In this document: positions 63,818-64,000 of the stretch, piece after piece
Position numbering within the stretch: position 1 is the stretch's first letter
Layout of the letters: each line of letters starts with the position of its first letter
Assembly (NCBI RefSeq): GCF_006345805.1
Contig: NC_043008.1
Span: 66,340,001-66,404,000 of the forward strand
Reading direction: 5' to 3'
DNA length: 64,000 nucleotides
Source of the DNA: Octopus sinensis
Taxonomy: Eukaryota
Notes under the pieces: generated by a model
Databases searched by the model: none
The model's input: the letters and a program-made list of their open reading frames with translations, nothing else
Told to the model about the DNA's origin: nothing
Position numbers and translations under genes: made by a program

Positions 63818-64000
63818 TGCTAGTCGGTGGTTGCCTTCCTCAGAAGGAAATGGACAACTAGCATATATTTGTAGACACACAGACACACGAGTGTTTGCCG
63901 GTAGGCTGCGGCTTAGCGCAGTGGGGATGACCCCCCTCAGAGTGCCGGGTATTAAAACACCTGAATGTCAGGGACAGGTAAGACAACTCTCCTCAAATCC

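Overview
AT-rich, repeat-saturated animal genomic DNA. The SINE, RTE-LINE-tail and TTAA-MITE families match those I recognise from Octopus/coleoid cephalopod genomes; this is an inference, as no search was run. No complete protein-coding gene, tRNA, rRNA or CRISPR array is supported, and almost all listed ORFs are translations of microsatellites or repeats. Well supported features: dozens of tRNA-headed SINEs in at least three families, 3' tails and decayed fragments of RTE-type LINEs, an internally deleted DD37D (maT) Tc1/mariner element (24904-25763), a truncated DD34D mariner (38272-38625), piggyBac-like TTAA MITEs, pogo/Tigger-like MITEs, a hAT MITE, a 28-bp minisatellite and long TA/TG microsatellites. 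The main leads are: (i) an apparently intact minimal type I hammerhead ribozyme at 16533-16576, plus several decayed hammerheads in a second dispersed family; (ii) a possible HDV-like ribozyme fold at the right edge; (iii) several long fold-back elements and inverted SINE pairs that could form dsRNA editing substrates; (iv) a CpG-retaining, promoter-like left end; and (v) weak candidate micro-exons of an unidentified + strand gene. Repeat boundaries are approximate (about +/-10-20 bp) unless TIRs or TSDs are quoted.
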